From: Actinomycetota bacterium
GTDB taxonomy: Bacteria > Actinomycetota > Acidimicrobiia > Acidimicrobiales > Ilumatobacteraceae
Assembly (NCBI GenBank): GCA_009927665.1
Contig: RFMM01000179.1
Span: 1-57,988 of the forward strand
Direction of reading: 5' to 3'
DNA length: 57,988 nt
Part shown: positions 8,942 to 18,007 of the stretch, piece by piece
How the letters are laid out: each line of letters opens with the position of its first letter
Position numbering within the stretch: the stretch's first letter is position 1
Notes under the pieces: model-generated
Databases searched by the model: none
Seen by the model: the letters and a program-made list of their open reading frames with translations, nothing else
What the model was told of the DNA's origin: nothing
Position numbers and translations under genes: made by a program

Positions 8942-10451
8942 TCAGGTGTGAGGCTGGTCGGCACCGGTCGTTGCGCCGAGCCGCGCGATGAGCTCGGCAG
9001 CTGTGGCGCATGACTCAATCAAGCCCGCCGTGAGGGCCCGCGTGCCACGCAGCGGCTCCATCATCGGCACGCGACGCAATGGATCACGCCCGACATCAAA
9101 CACGAGCGAATCCCAGTTCGCTGCCACGATGTCTTTCGGAAACTTCGCGAGACACGTGCCACGAAACCAGGCTCGCGTGCTCTCGGGCGGCGCATCAACC
9201 GCACGCTCTGCTGCTGAAGCATCAACCATGGTGCGCAAGCCGCATCGAAGCGCCAGTGACTTGTCACGACGCAGGTCGGAATACTGCAGATCGATCGCCT
9301 TCAACCGCGCGTCGGTTGGCGCCAATCGATGACGGGCAGCCATGCCGTCGACGAGCCGCCTTTTTAGCGACCCAGTCAACGACTGACGCCGTTGATTCGG
9401 GGTTGGTACTCAAGCCGTCGAGCACCGACTCCCATTCTTCCAAGATGCGCTTGCCGTCATCGACGCTCACTGCCTCAAGCCCATGACGATCTGCCCATGA
9501 ACGAGCCCGTTCGAGCAACTGCCACTGAATGTCGAGGGCAGTCATTCGTTTGCCATTGGCCATTGCAACTGTGGCACGCAGCGTCGGGTCATTGCTCACT
9601 TGCCGAATTGCCGTGACGGGGTGTGCGAGCACGAGATCATCGCCGACAGCATCGTCTTCGATCATCGCCAACACCATCGCGGTGGTGCCCACCTTCAGAA
9701 AGGTCGCAACTTCACTCATGTTTGCGTCGCCGACGATGACGTGTAGCCGGCGATACTTAGCCGCATCACAGTGCGGTTCATCTCGCGTGTTGATGATCGG
9801 TCGCTTCAATGTGGTTTCGAGCCCGACTTCCTCTTCAAAGAAGTCGGCACGCTGACTGAGTTGGTATGCGATGTCACCCGCTACCGCGCCGGGTGACTCA
9901 CAGCCCACCTTGCCGGCACCGGCGAACACCTGGCGGGCAACGAAATGTGGCGTGATCTGTGTGGCAAGTCGCCCGAATGGCACCGCTCGATCTACGAGAT
10001 AATTCTCGTGACAGCCATAGCTGTTGCCTTTGCCATCTGAATTGTTCTTATAGACGACGATCTCACCGCCATTGAGCAACGCTTGGGCACGCAACATGCT
10101 GAGGCGCATCACTTCTTCGGCGGCACGGTCATAGAGCACCACTTCAGATGCCGTGCGGCATTCGGGCGTCGAACACTCAGGGTGGGCATGATCGACGTAG
10201 TAGCGCGCGCCGTTGGTGAGCACCGTGTTCACGAGATGCGTCTCAACTTCAGGTGCCAAGATTTCACCAAGCAGCAATCCGCGGGCATCATTGCCAGGTT
10301 GCTCGTCGAAGAAATCCCACGCCGTTCGTGCCTCGCTACGACCGAGAAACGCATTAATCAGCATCGAGCTCGCTGTCACTGCATTGAGTTCGGCGTCGCG
10401 CACCACGATGCCGTATTCGGTCTCGATGCCGCACACCTTGGCGATTGACAT
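8942..10451 (-). pseudogene. dop: Pup deamidase/depupylase Dop, reading frame broken by +1 nt in an A5 run
   Basis: ORF 9264-10451 (MSIAKVCGIETEYG, with the Dop-specific loop WDFFDEQPGNDARG...) runs to ...VVDWVAKK and then into nonsense. ORF 8942-9379 in the next frame continues ...RRLVDGMAARHRLAPTDARLKAIDLQYSDLRRDK, the expected Dop C-terminal domain. The junction is GCTAAAAAGGCGG on the coding strand (T5 at 9361-9365 on the + strand). Removing one A gives a continuous protein of about 502 aa. Confidence 0.85.
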
Positions 10452-10453
10452 GA

Positions 10454-12100
10454 CTAGAGGTATTGGCCAGTGGCCGTGCGCTCGATTGCCTTTCCGCCGC
10501 CACTCTCGCTGTCGTGAGTCAGTGTGCGAATGAAGACGATGCGTTCACCCTTGCGACCAGACACTTTCGCCCAGTCGTCGGGGTTGGTGGTGTTCGGGAG
10601 GTCCTCATGTTCGCGGAACTCTTGACGTATCGACGAGACGAGATCGTCGCCTTGCACACCGCCTTCTCCCCCAGCGAGCAGCCGCTTGATGGCCAGTTTC
10701 TTGGCACGCCGCACGATGTTTTCAATCATTGCGCCAGAGGCGAAGTCTTTAAAGTACAGAATCTCGCGGTCGCCGTTTTGGTAGGTGACTTCAAGAAAGC
10801 GATTCTGGTCGTCGGTGGAATACATGGCTTCAACTGTCTGTTCGATCATCGCGCCGATGGCTGCATCAATGTCACCATGACGGCTGATGCTTTCGCCCGA
10901 CACTGGCACCTCGCGCGTGAGATAGCGAGCGAAGATCTGCTTTGCTGCGTGAGCGTCGGGGCGTTCGATGCGAATCTTCACGTCGAGACGACCGGGTCGA
11001 AGTATCGCGGGGTCAATGAGATCTTCGCGGTTCGTCGCCCCGATGACGATGACGTTGCGTAGACCCTCGACGCCGTCAATTTCTGCCAACAACTGCGGCA
11101 CAATGGTGGATTCCATGTCTGACGAAATGCCGGTACCTCGAGTGCGAAACATCGAGTCCATTTCGTCGAAGAACACGATGACGGGCCAGCCCTCTTCGCT
11201 CTTCTCGCGTGCTCGTTGAAACACCATGCGAATCTGGCGCTCGGTTTCGCCGACGTATTTGTTGAGCAACTCCGGCCCTTTGATGTTGATGAAATAGCTA
11301 CGACCCTTGTCGGCGCCGATTCGTGATGCCACTTTGTGGGCGAGTGAGTTGGCAACGGCTTTAGCAATCAGGGTCTTGCCGCAGCCCGGTGGCCCATACA
11401 GCAAGATTCCCTTCGGCGCAGGAAGGTGATACTCGGCAAAGAGATCACCGTGCAAGAACGGCAGCTCAACGGCATCGGCAATCGCCTCGATCTGGGTGTC
11501 GAGACCACCGATGTCGTCATAGGAGATGTCGGGTACTTCTTCAAGCAAAAGGTGCTCTACCTCGGGCTGGGCCAACCGTTCGAGCAGCAGACCGCTGCGC
11601 GCTTCGAGACGCAACAGATCACCCGACCGCAGATGAACGCCACGCAACGCGTCGGCCAATTCGCACACTCGATCGTCGTCGCCGCGACCCGTCACGATGG
11701 CCCGCACACCATCTTCGAGCACTTCCTTGAGCGAGACGACTTCGCCGGTTGGCTCAGCAGCTCGAGCCAGTACGACGTTGAGGCTCTCGTTGAGTACCAC
11801 CTCGCTACCCCGTTCGAGGCTGTTGACGTCGATATCAGGGTGCAGCGACACACGCATTTTGCGCGAGTTCGTGAGCACGTCTACGGTGCCGTCATCGTTG
11901 GTTCCGACAACGACTCCGTACGCAGAGGGCGGTTGTGTCAATTTCTCAACTTCTTCACGCAGCGATGCAACGTGATCTCGCGCCTCACGTAGGGCGTACG
12001 AGAGTTTTTCGTTCTGAGCCTTCGCCGTGGCGAGCTGACCTTTGGCCTCGAGCAGACGTTCTTCAAGTGCACGAAGTCGCACAGAGGTGTCGTCTGCCAT
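10454..12100 (-). CDS. mpa: proteasome-associated AAA+ ATPase Mpa/ARC
   Basis: 548 aa with an N-terminal coiled coil, OB region, GPPGCGKT Walker A and FFDEMD Walker B. The C-terminal ...TGQYL is the proteasome-docking motif. Confidence 0.92.
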   Translation of the reverse strand: MADDTSVRLRALEERLLEAKGQLATAKAQNEKLSYALREARDHVASLREEVEKLTQPPSAYGVVVGTNDDGTVDVLTNSRKMRVSLHPDIDVNSLERGSEVVLNESLNVVLARAAEPTGEVVSLKEVLEDGVRAIVTGRGDDDRVCELADALRGVHLRSGDLLRLEARSGLLLERLAQPEVEHLLLEEVPDISYDDIGGLDTQIEAIADAVELPFLHGDLFAEYHLPAPKGILLYGPPGCGKTLIAKAVANSLAHKVASRIGADKGRSYFINIKGPELLNKYVGETERQIRMVFQRAREKSEEGWPVIVFFDEMDSMFRTRGTGISSDMESTIVPQLLAEIDGVEGLRNVIVIGATNREDLIDPAILRPGRLDVKIRIERPDAHAAKQIFARYLTREVPVSGESISRHGDIDAAIGAMIEQTVEAMYSTDDQNRFLEVTYQNGDREILYFKDFASGAMIENIVRRAKKLAIKRLLAGGEGGVQGDDLVSSIRQEFREHEDLPNTTNPDDWAKVSGRKGERIVFIRTLTHDSESGGGKAIERTATGQYL

Positions 12101-12139
12101 GCCCTGAACCTAGTGGGCTGCCGTGTATCGTGAAACCCC

Positions 12140-12385
12140 ATGAAGGTGTGGATTGACCAAGATCTCTGCACGGGCGACGGCTTGTGTGAAGAGATCGCCC
12201 CCGAGGTGTTCACGTTGCTCGACGACGGTCTGGCCTACGTCAAAGAAGGCGACAAAGTGTTTGCGACCGCCAAAGGCAATCCTCAGGGTGCCGCGGGTGT
12301 GGCCAACTTCGACGACAAGCATCTCGACGCGGTGATTGAGTCTGCCGAAGAGTGCCCCGGCGAGTGCATCTTCATCGAACCGTAG
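12140..12385 (+). CDS. single-cluster ferredoxin (CxxDxxC...CP type)
   Basis: 81 aa with CTGDGLC near the N-terminus and ECPGEC near the C-terminus. Asp at the second ligand position suggests a 3Fe-4S or Asp-ligated cluster. Confidence 0.75.
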   Translation: MKVWIDQDLCTGDGLCEEIAPEVFTLLDDGLAYVKEGDKVFATAKGNPQGAAGVANFDDKHLDAVIESAEECPGECIFIEP

Positions 12386-12394
12386 ACAGCGCTG

Positions 12395-13195
12395 TCAGCG
12401 CGCGGTAAGCAGCCGCGCCACCGTCAAGAACCCAGTGTGGGCGACCATGCGGTGATCAGGCCGCACTGATTCGCCCTCAATGTGCCAGGTGCGATGCAGC
12501 ACTTCGAGTGTTCGCTGTGCGACCCATTCGCCTCGCACCGCTTCGAGTGACTGGCGCACCTTGGTCGCCTGGGTGATGCTCGGGGTGTAGGCAACAACGA
12601 CGCCACCTGCGTGCATGACACTCGCAAGATGCGGAATCACCTGCCATGGCTCGGGCAAGTCGAGCACGGCGCGATCGAATCGCGCAGCACTATCGGTGCT
12701 CGGCAAACTGATACCGGCATACGAATCGCGCAACTCAACGTGATAGCGACTGAGCGCATCTTCGCCCAGAAACGAAGCGACGTTCTTCTTGGCGCGTTGC
12801 GCGAAATCTTCGCGCAATTCATAGCCAATGATGCGGGCCCCGAGTCGCAGAATGGTCATCGACAATGCTCCTGAGCCGACGCCCGACTCGAAGACGAGCA
12901 TTCCTGGGCCAATGTCGGCGAGCATGGCAATCGGCGCCAGATCTTTTGGATAAATGACCTGTGCGCCACGCGGCATCTCCAACACGAAGTCTTCAAGGGT
13001 GGGTCGCATCACGACATACTTGGCGCCTTTGGTTGACTCAACCGTGACGCCCTCAGTAGCGCCGATGACCTGTGCGTGCGGCACGAAGCCAGCATGACTG
13101 TGAAACTCACCCGTCGACTCAAGGGTGACGAGATATCGACGCTCCTTAGTATCGATGAACAACACGCGGTCTCCGACTGCGAGCGGGTTCGCCAC
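12395..13195 (-). CDS. trmI: tRNA (adenine58-N1)-methyltransferase TrmI
   Basis: GDRVLFIDTKERRY..., a GVGSGALS SAM-binding loop and DLPEPW. It aligns by eye to Rv2118c-type proteins. The GTG at 13195 (VANPLAVGDRV) is preceded by GGGGG 7 nt upstream. The ORF-track start at 13318 adds 41 non-conserved residues. Confidence 0.8.
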   Translation of the reverse strand: MANPLAVGDRVLFIDTKERRYLVTLESTGEFHSHAGFVPHAQVIGATEGVTVESTKGAKYVVMRPTLEDFVLEMPRGAQVIYPKDLAPIAMLADIGPGMLVFESGVGSGALSMTILRLGARIIGYELREDFAQRAKKNVASFLGEDALSRYHVELRDSYAGISLPSTDSAARFDRAVLDLPEPWQVIPHLASVMHAGGVVVAYTPSITQATKVRQSLEAVRGEWVAQRTLEVLHRTWHIEGESVRPDHRMVAHTGFLTVARLLTAR

Positions 13196-13405
13196 GGCTA
13201 GACCCCCAACTGCGATCGGGTACGACCCGAGCGAGCGCTGACAGAGATCGATTGCCCATCTCGCAGACGCACCGTCGTGCGCTGATCTCGTGAGCTTCGT
13301 CGATACCACCATCGCCACATTGCAAACATCACGGCGATGATCGGGTAACGCTTAGCGAACCGCGCAACTGCGAGGCCAGCCAGCCGCATGAGCATGCGCA
13401 CTCGA

Positions 13406-13612
13406 CTAACGGCGAATCTCGATGATGCCGCGTCGACGCTTACCGCCGCGTCGACCCAGCAGGTACGCAGCGAGCAAACCAACGGCGATTCCGGCGACTG
13501 CCAAAACGGTGATTGACGACTTCTTCGTCTCGGTGATTTCGGTGACGTCGTCTTGCAGAGCCTTGAACTTGGCCTCAAGGTCATCACGAGTGATCTTGCC
13601 TCGATCGGTCAT
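13406..13612 (-). CDS. small tail-anchored membrane protein, hypothetical
   Basis: 68 aa with a charged helical N-terminus, a single C-terminal TM (ITVLAVAGIAVGLLAAYLL) and a poly-Arg tail. ATGA overlap with the upstream ORF. Confidence 0.45.
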   Translation of the reverse strand: MTDRGKITRDDLEAKFKALQDDVTEITETKKSSITVLAVAGIAVGLLAAYLLGRRGGKRRRGIIEIRR

Positions 13613-13926
13613 CGACGACCCCGATTCAATTCAAAGACGTTGACTCGCGACCACACAACGGCTGAAGTCGCAAGACCGACGGCAAGCGTCACGAGGTACG
13701 GCACGAAACTCAGGCCGTCAGCTTGGTCAACGAACCAGGTGTGCAAGAGCAGATCTTGCGTCAGCCGCAGCACCCCAACGAGAACGATGACGATGCCCAC
13801 TGACATACAGAACCCTGCCACGAGGCCGATGCCCAGCCAGCGACCGGCACCACGCAACGGGTCAAGCGTCTCTTGCTTGGCGTAGTCACGCACCAATTCA
13901 TAGGTTTCGACAGGGTCAAACTGCAC
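13609..13926 (-). CDS. two-TM membrane protein resembling actinobacterial holin-X family proteins, hypothetical
   Basis: 105 aa. YAKQETLDPLRGAGRWLGIGLVAG is followed by two hydrophobic helices. The family is assigned from pattern memory only. Confidence 0.45.
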   Translation of the reverse strand: MQFDPVETYELVRDYAKQETLDPLRGAGRWLGIGLVAGFCMSVGIVIVLVGVLRLTQDLLLHTWFVDQADGLSFVPYLVTLAVGLATSAVVWSRVNVFELNRGRR

Positions 13927-13935
13927 CCCTTCTGT

Positions 13936-15390
13936 CTATCGGCGAGGCAAAAGGTCTTCGGTGCGAGGTGTAGCGCTGTACCCACCGAACGCCTTCATCG
14001 TGGCATCCCAGAGCGGACGATATGCCGATTGGTTGCTGACGCCCCCTCCATTCAGAACGAGCGCGAACGCAAGTACACCATCTTGCACAGGGAAAAACCC
14101 GCTCAGCGACTTCACATTGCGCAAGGTGCCAGTCTTGGCACGAACGTTGCCAGATGCTGGCGGTGAAGTAAGCACCGTTCGCAACGTGCCCGTTGTGCCG
14201 GCAACTGCGAGACCTTGGCCGAGGGGGCTTTCGAACCCGAACGACTCGAGCACTGCGACAAGTGCCGTGCACGTCACTCGATTCGACTCATCAAGGCCCG
14301 ACCCATCGGCAAATACCATGCCCGTCGTGGTGATGCCACGAGCCTCAAGTATTTGCGCTACCGCCTGCAGACCAGCGACTCGCGTGGGCGTCTGTGAACG
14401 AATCAGTCCGATCTCTTTCAACAACAGCTCGGCGACATTGTTATCGCTATTGGTCAACAGATCGATCAACAGTTGCGCCAGCGGCGCAGAGGTGAGGCTC
14501 GCCAGCTGTTCGACATCGTTTGGTGCCGAACCTGTGCGAGGTGCACCCACGACAGTGATTCCCCGTTCGCGCAGCAACTGTGTGAACACGGTGGCGGCGC
14601 CCACCGCCGGGTTCGCCGGCTTGAGTGGTTGCCCGAGAATAATGCCGTCATTCACCATGAGAGCACCGAGCGGGCCCGCCTCGATTGCGCGTATGCCGTC
14701 GCCCCACGTCGGCACGTAACGCTCGTCGTCGTATCGCGACTCGTCACCCACGACACTTCCCGTCACTGTCGTGACGCCTGAAGCCGCGACTTCATCTGCC
14801 AACGAATCGAGAAACGTCGGTGAGAGAGACGGATACTGCTGGGTTGCGGGGTATCCGCGCGTAGACAGCAGCGGGTCTCCCCCTCCTACCAGCCACAAAT
14901 TGCCTGAGATCACGGTTCCGATGCGGTTACCGACGAGTCGTGTCTCAAAGCGATACTCAGCACCGAGCACATCAAGCGCAGCAGCGGCAACGAAGACCTT
15001 CATGTTGCTGGCTGGCACCAGCGGTTGTTCGCTTCGCACTGCGGCAAGCACCCTCGTGTCGGCTCGTGCCAGCAAGCATGACTGCGCCGGCAATTGCGCC
15101 GCGACACCGGCCAATCGCGTGCGAACGTTGGCCACCCGCGCCTCGAGTGCTGCGGTCTGTGCGATTCGGCGAATCGAGAAGAGCGGCTCCTTCGGCATGC
15201 CGCCGATGGCATCGGTGGTCGGTGCGGGTGTGGCGACCGAAGCTGCGGTGCTCGCCACTTGCCAGGCCGAGTACAGCGGCACGAAGACCACCACCGCGGC
15301 AACGATGATGCTGACTGCAGCTCGCTGGGTGTCTGCCGACAACACATGCTGATCAAAACGACGCAGACGTCGCTGCACCTTCTCAAACAT
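13936..15390 (-). CDS. dacB: D-alanyl-D-alanine carboxypeptidase/endopeptidase (PBP4, peptidase S13)
   Basis: SNMK (SxxK), GSGLDESN (SxN) and KTGTL (KTG) motifs with an N-terminal TM/signal anchor. The ATG at 15390 overlaps the upstream gene's TGA (ATGA). The ORF-track start at 15477 would overlap more. Confidence 0.8.
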   Translation of the reverse strand: MFEKVQRRLRRFDQHVLSADTQRAAVSIIVAAVVVFVPLYSAWQVASTAASVATPAPTTDAIGGMPKEPLFSIRRIAQTAALEARVANVRTRLAGVAAQLPAQSCLLARADTRVLAAVRSEQPLVPASNMKVFVAAAALDVLGAEYRFETRLVGNRIGTVISGNLWLVGGGDPLLSTRGYPATQQYPSLSPTFLDSLADEVAASGVTTVTGSVVGDESRYDDERYVPTWGDGIRAIEAGPLGALMVNDGIILGQPLKPANPAVGAATVFTQLLRERGITVVGAPRTGSAPNDVEQLASLTSAPLAQLLIDLLTNSDNNVAELLLKEIGLIRSQTPTRVAGLQAVAQILEARGITTTGMVFADGSGLDESNRVTCTALVAVLESFGFESPLGQGLAVAGTTGTLRTVLTSPPASGNVRAKTGTLRNVKSLSGFFPVQDGVLAFALVLNGGGVSNQSAYRPLWDATMKAFGGYSATPRTEDLLPRR

Positions 15391-17555
15391 CACTTTGCTC
15401 GCAACAGCTCGTGGGTGCGGGCCCAGCGGTAAGCATGCGCAAGGGCTCGCACCGCCCGTGGACCACTCGCAAAACACATTGCCTCGAGTTCGCGAACGGC
15501 AGACGGAGCCGCACCCGTCGCATCGGCTACGGCAAGTTCGGTGGCAATGAGCACGGGCTTGTTGGTGCGAGACGCCATCTCGACCGCTGATTGGGCGAAT
15601 CGCCGATCTTGGCGTTCGTGATACTCAACGATGCGTTCGAGCCCGTGGTCTGGATAAAAGCCACCTTCACGCATCAAACGTGCTTGATTCGATTGAATTC
15701 CGATACCGAGATACACCACGGCATCAACCTCAGGAGCAGTCGCCAACACTTCAAGCACCGCCGGAATCGTGTCACGCGTTTCGCCTCCCGCACAGTCGAC
15801 CGGGTTGTTGCGCGACCATCGCGCGGGCAAGAGTGCGTCGAGTGACGCCATGGTCTCACTGCTCAAAGTGGCAAGTTGCAACACCCCGTCGCGCGCGAGG
15901 GCGTCTGACGTCACCACACCCCAACCACCAGCCGTCGTAAGAATCGCAGTTCGGTTGCCGCGTGGTAGCGGTGAAGTTGCAAAGAACGCCGCGGCGTCGA
16001 ATGCCTCGTCGATGTCGCGTGCTCGCACGACTCCGAGCTGACGACACAAGCCGTCGAACACACGGTCGTTGCTTGCCAACGCGCCGGTGTGGCTGGCCGC
16101 CGCCCGTGCCCCCGACTCAGTGGCTCCACCCTTCACGACGACTACGGGCTTACGCAAGTTCGCAGCGGTGAGGGCCTGCTGCAAACGAACACCGTCGACC
16201 ACGCTTTCGATGTAGCTCAACATCACGCGGGTGGCATCGTCTCGAGAGAACCATTCCAGATAGTCGGCGACATCGACCGCAGCCGCGTTGCCCGCCGACA
16301 CCGCACGTGCAACACCAACGCCACTGGCGCGTGCCAGGTTCATGAAACTCGAAACGAAATTGCCACTCTGGCTCGCGATCGAAATACCGCCAGGTGGCGG
16401 ATACGGGGCAACGATCTGCGCACACAACGAGCTCGGCGTACTCACCACGCCTTGGCCGTTGGGGCCCGCAATCAGCATGCCAAGTTCAGCGCCGAGCGCT
16501 ACGAGTCGAGTTTGCGCGGTCTGACCGGCTTCGTCGGCTTCGCCATAGCCAGCCGACGTAACGAACGCAGCAGCAATACCCCGGCGTGCGCACGCACGCA
16601 GAATGTCTTCGTTGGCAGATGCTGGCGTGCAGAGCACTGCCAAATCAAAGTGATCCGTCGGCAGATCGTCGATGGTCTCGACACACTGCACGCCGAGCAC
16701 GGTCTCGCCTGACAGGTTGGTCGCGGCAACGCGACCGCCGTACTTCGCAGCGAGCAGGTTGTGTAACGCGACGAAGCCGAATTTGCCGGGGTGAGTCGAT
16801 GCCCCAACGATTACGACGCCGCGCGGGTCAAAGAGACTGCGCAGATTTCTGTCACTATGCCGCGGCGCAAAGTTCGCATCAACGTCGCTCGACTGTTCAC
16901 CGCCACCCAGTTCGACGAGGGCATCGACCGCGATTGGCTCACCCTGTGGTGTCACAATCACCGGGTTCAAATCGATTGACGCCACGTCGGGTCGCTGCGC
17001 AGCCAGTGCTGTCACCGCCTGCACCGTGCGCGCCAAAGCGTGTCGATCAAGTGCCTGTTGGCCGCGGAAATCGGCAAAGAGACCAGCAGACGCAAGTGAG
17101 TTGAGCATGTCATCGAGATCATGGTCGCGCAATGGCAAGGGCCGTGCCTGCGAGTCAGCCAGCACTTCTGCCGCAATTCCCCCTGCACCGATCAGCACCG
17201 TGGCGCCGAACTGCGGATCACGAACCATGCCGACAATCAGCTCTCGGTTGCCCACGACCTGTTCGGCGATCAACAGTCGAACGTCGCCATCGTCAGCACG
17301 TCTCAGAGACAGAAGCAACTCACAGGCTTCACGCACAGCGTCGGCACTATTGAGACTCAAGCGCACCAGCCCACGCTCAGACTTGTGCGCCAGGCGATCA
17401 CCGACCAGCTTGGCAACGACCGGAAACCCAATCTGTTCAGCTGCAGCAACGGCCGAGGCAACATCATGCACTACCGCCTCGCGTGCGAATCGCGCACCGA
17501 GCGGCCCGAGCAGCTGCTTCGACTCGTCTTCGCTGAGCGTGCGCCGACGAGTCAC
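15390..17555 (-). CDS. NDP-forming acyl-CoA synthetase (acetate--CoA ligase family), ATP-grasp domain N-terminal
   Basis: An ATP-grasp segment (LSEDESKQLLGPLG...FPVVAKL) comes first. It is followed by a CoA-binding Rossmann domain (VVIVGASTHPGKFG) and a ligase-CoA domain with AASHTGALAS (phosphohistidine loop). The GTG at 17555 is preferred, because the 91 residues upstream in the ORF track look non-coding and overlap a + strand ORF. Confidence 0.8.
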   Translation of the reverse strand: MTRRRTLSEDESKQLLGPLGARFAREAVVHDVASAVAAAEQIGFPVVAKLVGDRLAHKSERGLVRLSLNSADAVREACELLLSLRRADDGDVRLLIAEQVVGNRELIVGMVRDPQFGATVLIGAGGIAAEVLADSQARPLPLRDHDLDDMLNSLASAGLFADFRGQQALDRHALARTVQAVTALAAQRPDVASIDLNPVIVTPQGEPIAVDALVELGGGEQSSDVDANFAPRHSDRNLRSLFDPRGVVIVGASTHPGKFGFVALHNLLAAKYGGRVAATNLSGETVLGVQCVETIDDLPTDHFDLAVLCTPASANEDILRACARRGIAAAFVTSAGYGEADEAGQTAQTRLVALGAELGMLIAGPNGQGVVSTPSSLCAQIVAPYPPPGGISIASQSGNFVSSFMNLARASGVGVARAVSAGNAAAVDVADYLEWFSRDDATRVMLSYIESVVDGVRLQQALTAANLRKPVVVVKGGATESGARAAASHTGALASNDRVFDGLCRQLGVVRARDIDEAFDAAAFFATSPLPRGNRTAILTTAGGWGVVTSDALARDGVLQLATLSSETMASLDALLPARWSRNNPVDCAGGETRDTIPAVLEVLATAPEVDAVVYLGIGIQSNQARLMREGGFYPDHGLERIVEYHERQDRRFAQSAVEMASRTNKPVLIATELAVADATGAAPSAVRELEAMCFASGPRAVRALAHAYRWARTHELLRAK

Positions 17556-17582
17556 GGTGCTCAACGGTAGTGTTCGACGCTC

Positions 17583-17990
17583 ATGCACATCGTTGCAGCA
17601 CTCTTCGTAGACAACTTTGCGATGCGCCAAGTAGAAGGACCATCGACACGCATTGACCTCACCGGGGTGTTCTTTTCGCAAGTTGCCCCTCAGCCTGTGC
17701 CGTGCACGATGTCGCCACATCTGGTCGTGCTCGTCTACTGCCCCGAGGGCGAAAACGGCGATGGAATTCTGCAGGTGGTGTATCAGCACGTCGGGGTCTC
17801 CCCTGACGCGACACCGCCACTCGCGCAAAACGTGAGCCCGTTTCGTGTTGAGCCCGGCAAGTTCACCTACCGTCTCGTTCGTGCCGAATTAGCGATCGAG
17901 CGCTATGGCCAGATCATTGCGCACTGCCGCGTGGGCCAAGGACCGTGGCTCGCAGTGCCGTTCACGGTGTTGGCGCCGGTCGCGTCGTAA
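17583..17990 (+). CDS. hypothetical protein (beta-rich, DUF6941-like by pattern)
   Basis: 135-aa ORF with genome-typical third-position GC. It fills the space between the acyl-CoA synthetase and tkt. No motif I can name with certainty. The start could be the ATG at 17583 or at 17622. Confidence 0.4.
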   Translation: MHIVAALFVDNFAMRQVEGPSTRIDLTGVFFSQVAPQPVPCTMSPHLVVLVYCPEGENGDGILQVVYQHVGVSPDATPPLAQNVSPFRVEPGKFTYRLVRAELAIERYGQIIAHCRVGQGPWLAVPFTVLAPVAS

Positions 17991-18007
17991 AACTACTCTT
18001 GCGAGGC

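Noticed and set aside
9361-9365. Programmed -1 frameshift at an A AAA AAG-like slippery site in dop.
   Set aside because: The downstream frame is reached by +1 (or -2), not -1. The heptamer is T AAA AAG rather than A AAA AAG, and I saw no obvious stimulatory structure. An indel or sequencing error is the more economical explanation, though +1 shifting is not excluded.
13198-13587. A 129-aa ORF overlapping the small membrane gene and running into the trmI spacer.
   Set aside because: It is in the wrong frame relative to the ATGA-coupled small membrane genes and is Arg/Ser-rich. Only its last 65 codons (13198-13395) are free of overlap, and even those lack support.
17556-17828. The 91-aa N-terminal extension of the acyl-CoA synthetase ORF. 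The same applies to similar extensions of livH (38776-39030), livG (36447-36629), tatC (4028-4099), lepB (5799-5888), pup (8904-9011) and dacB (15391-15477).
   Set aside because: The extensions overlap upstream genes and are Cys/Arg/His-rich nonsense. In each case an internal ATG/GTG/TTG sits at a stop-start junction or after an SD.
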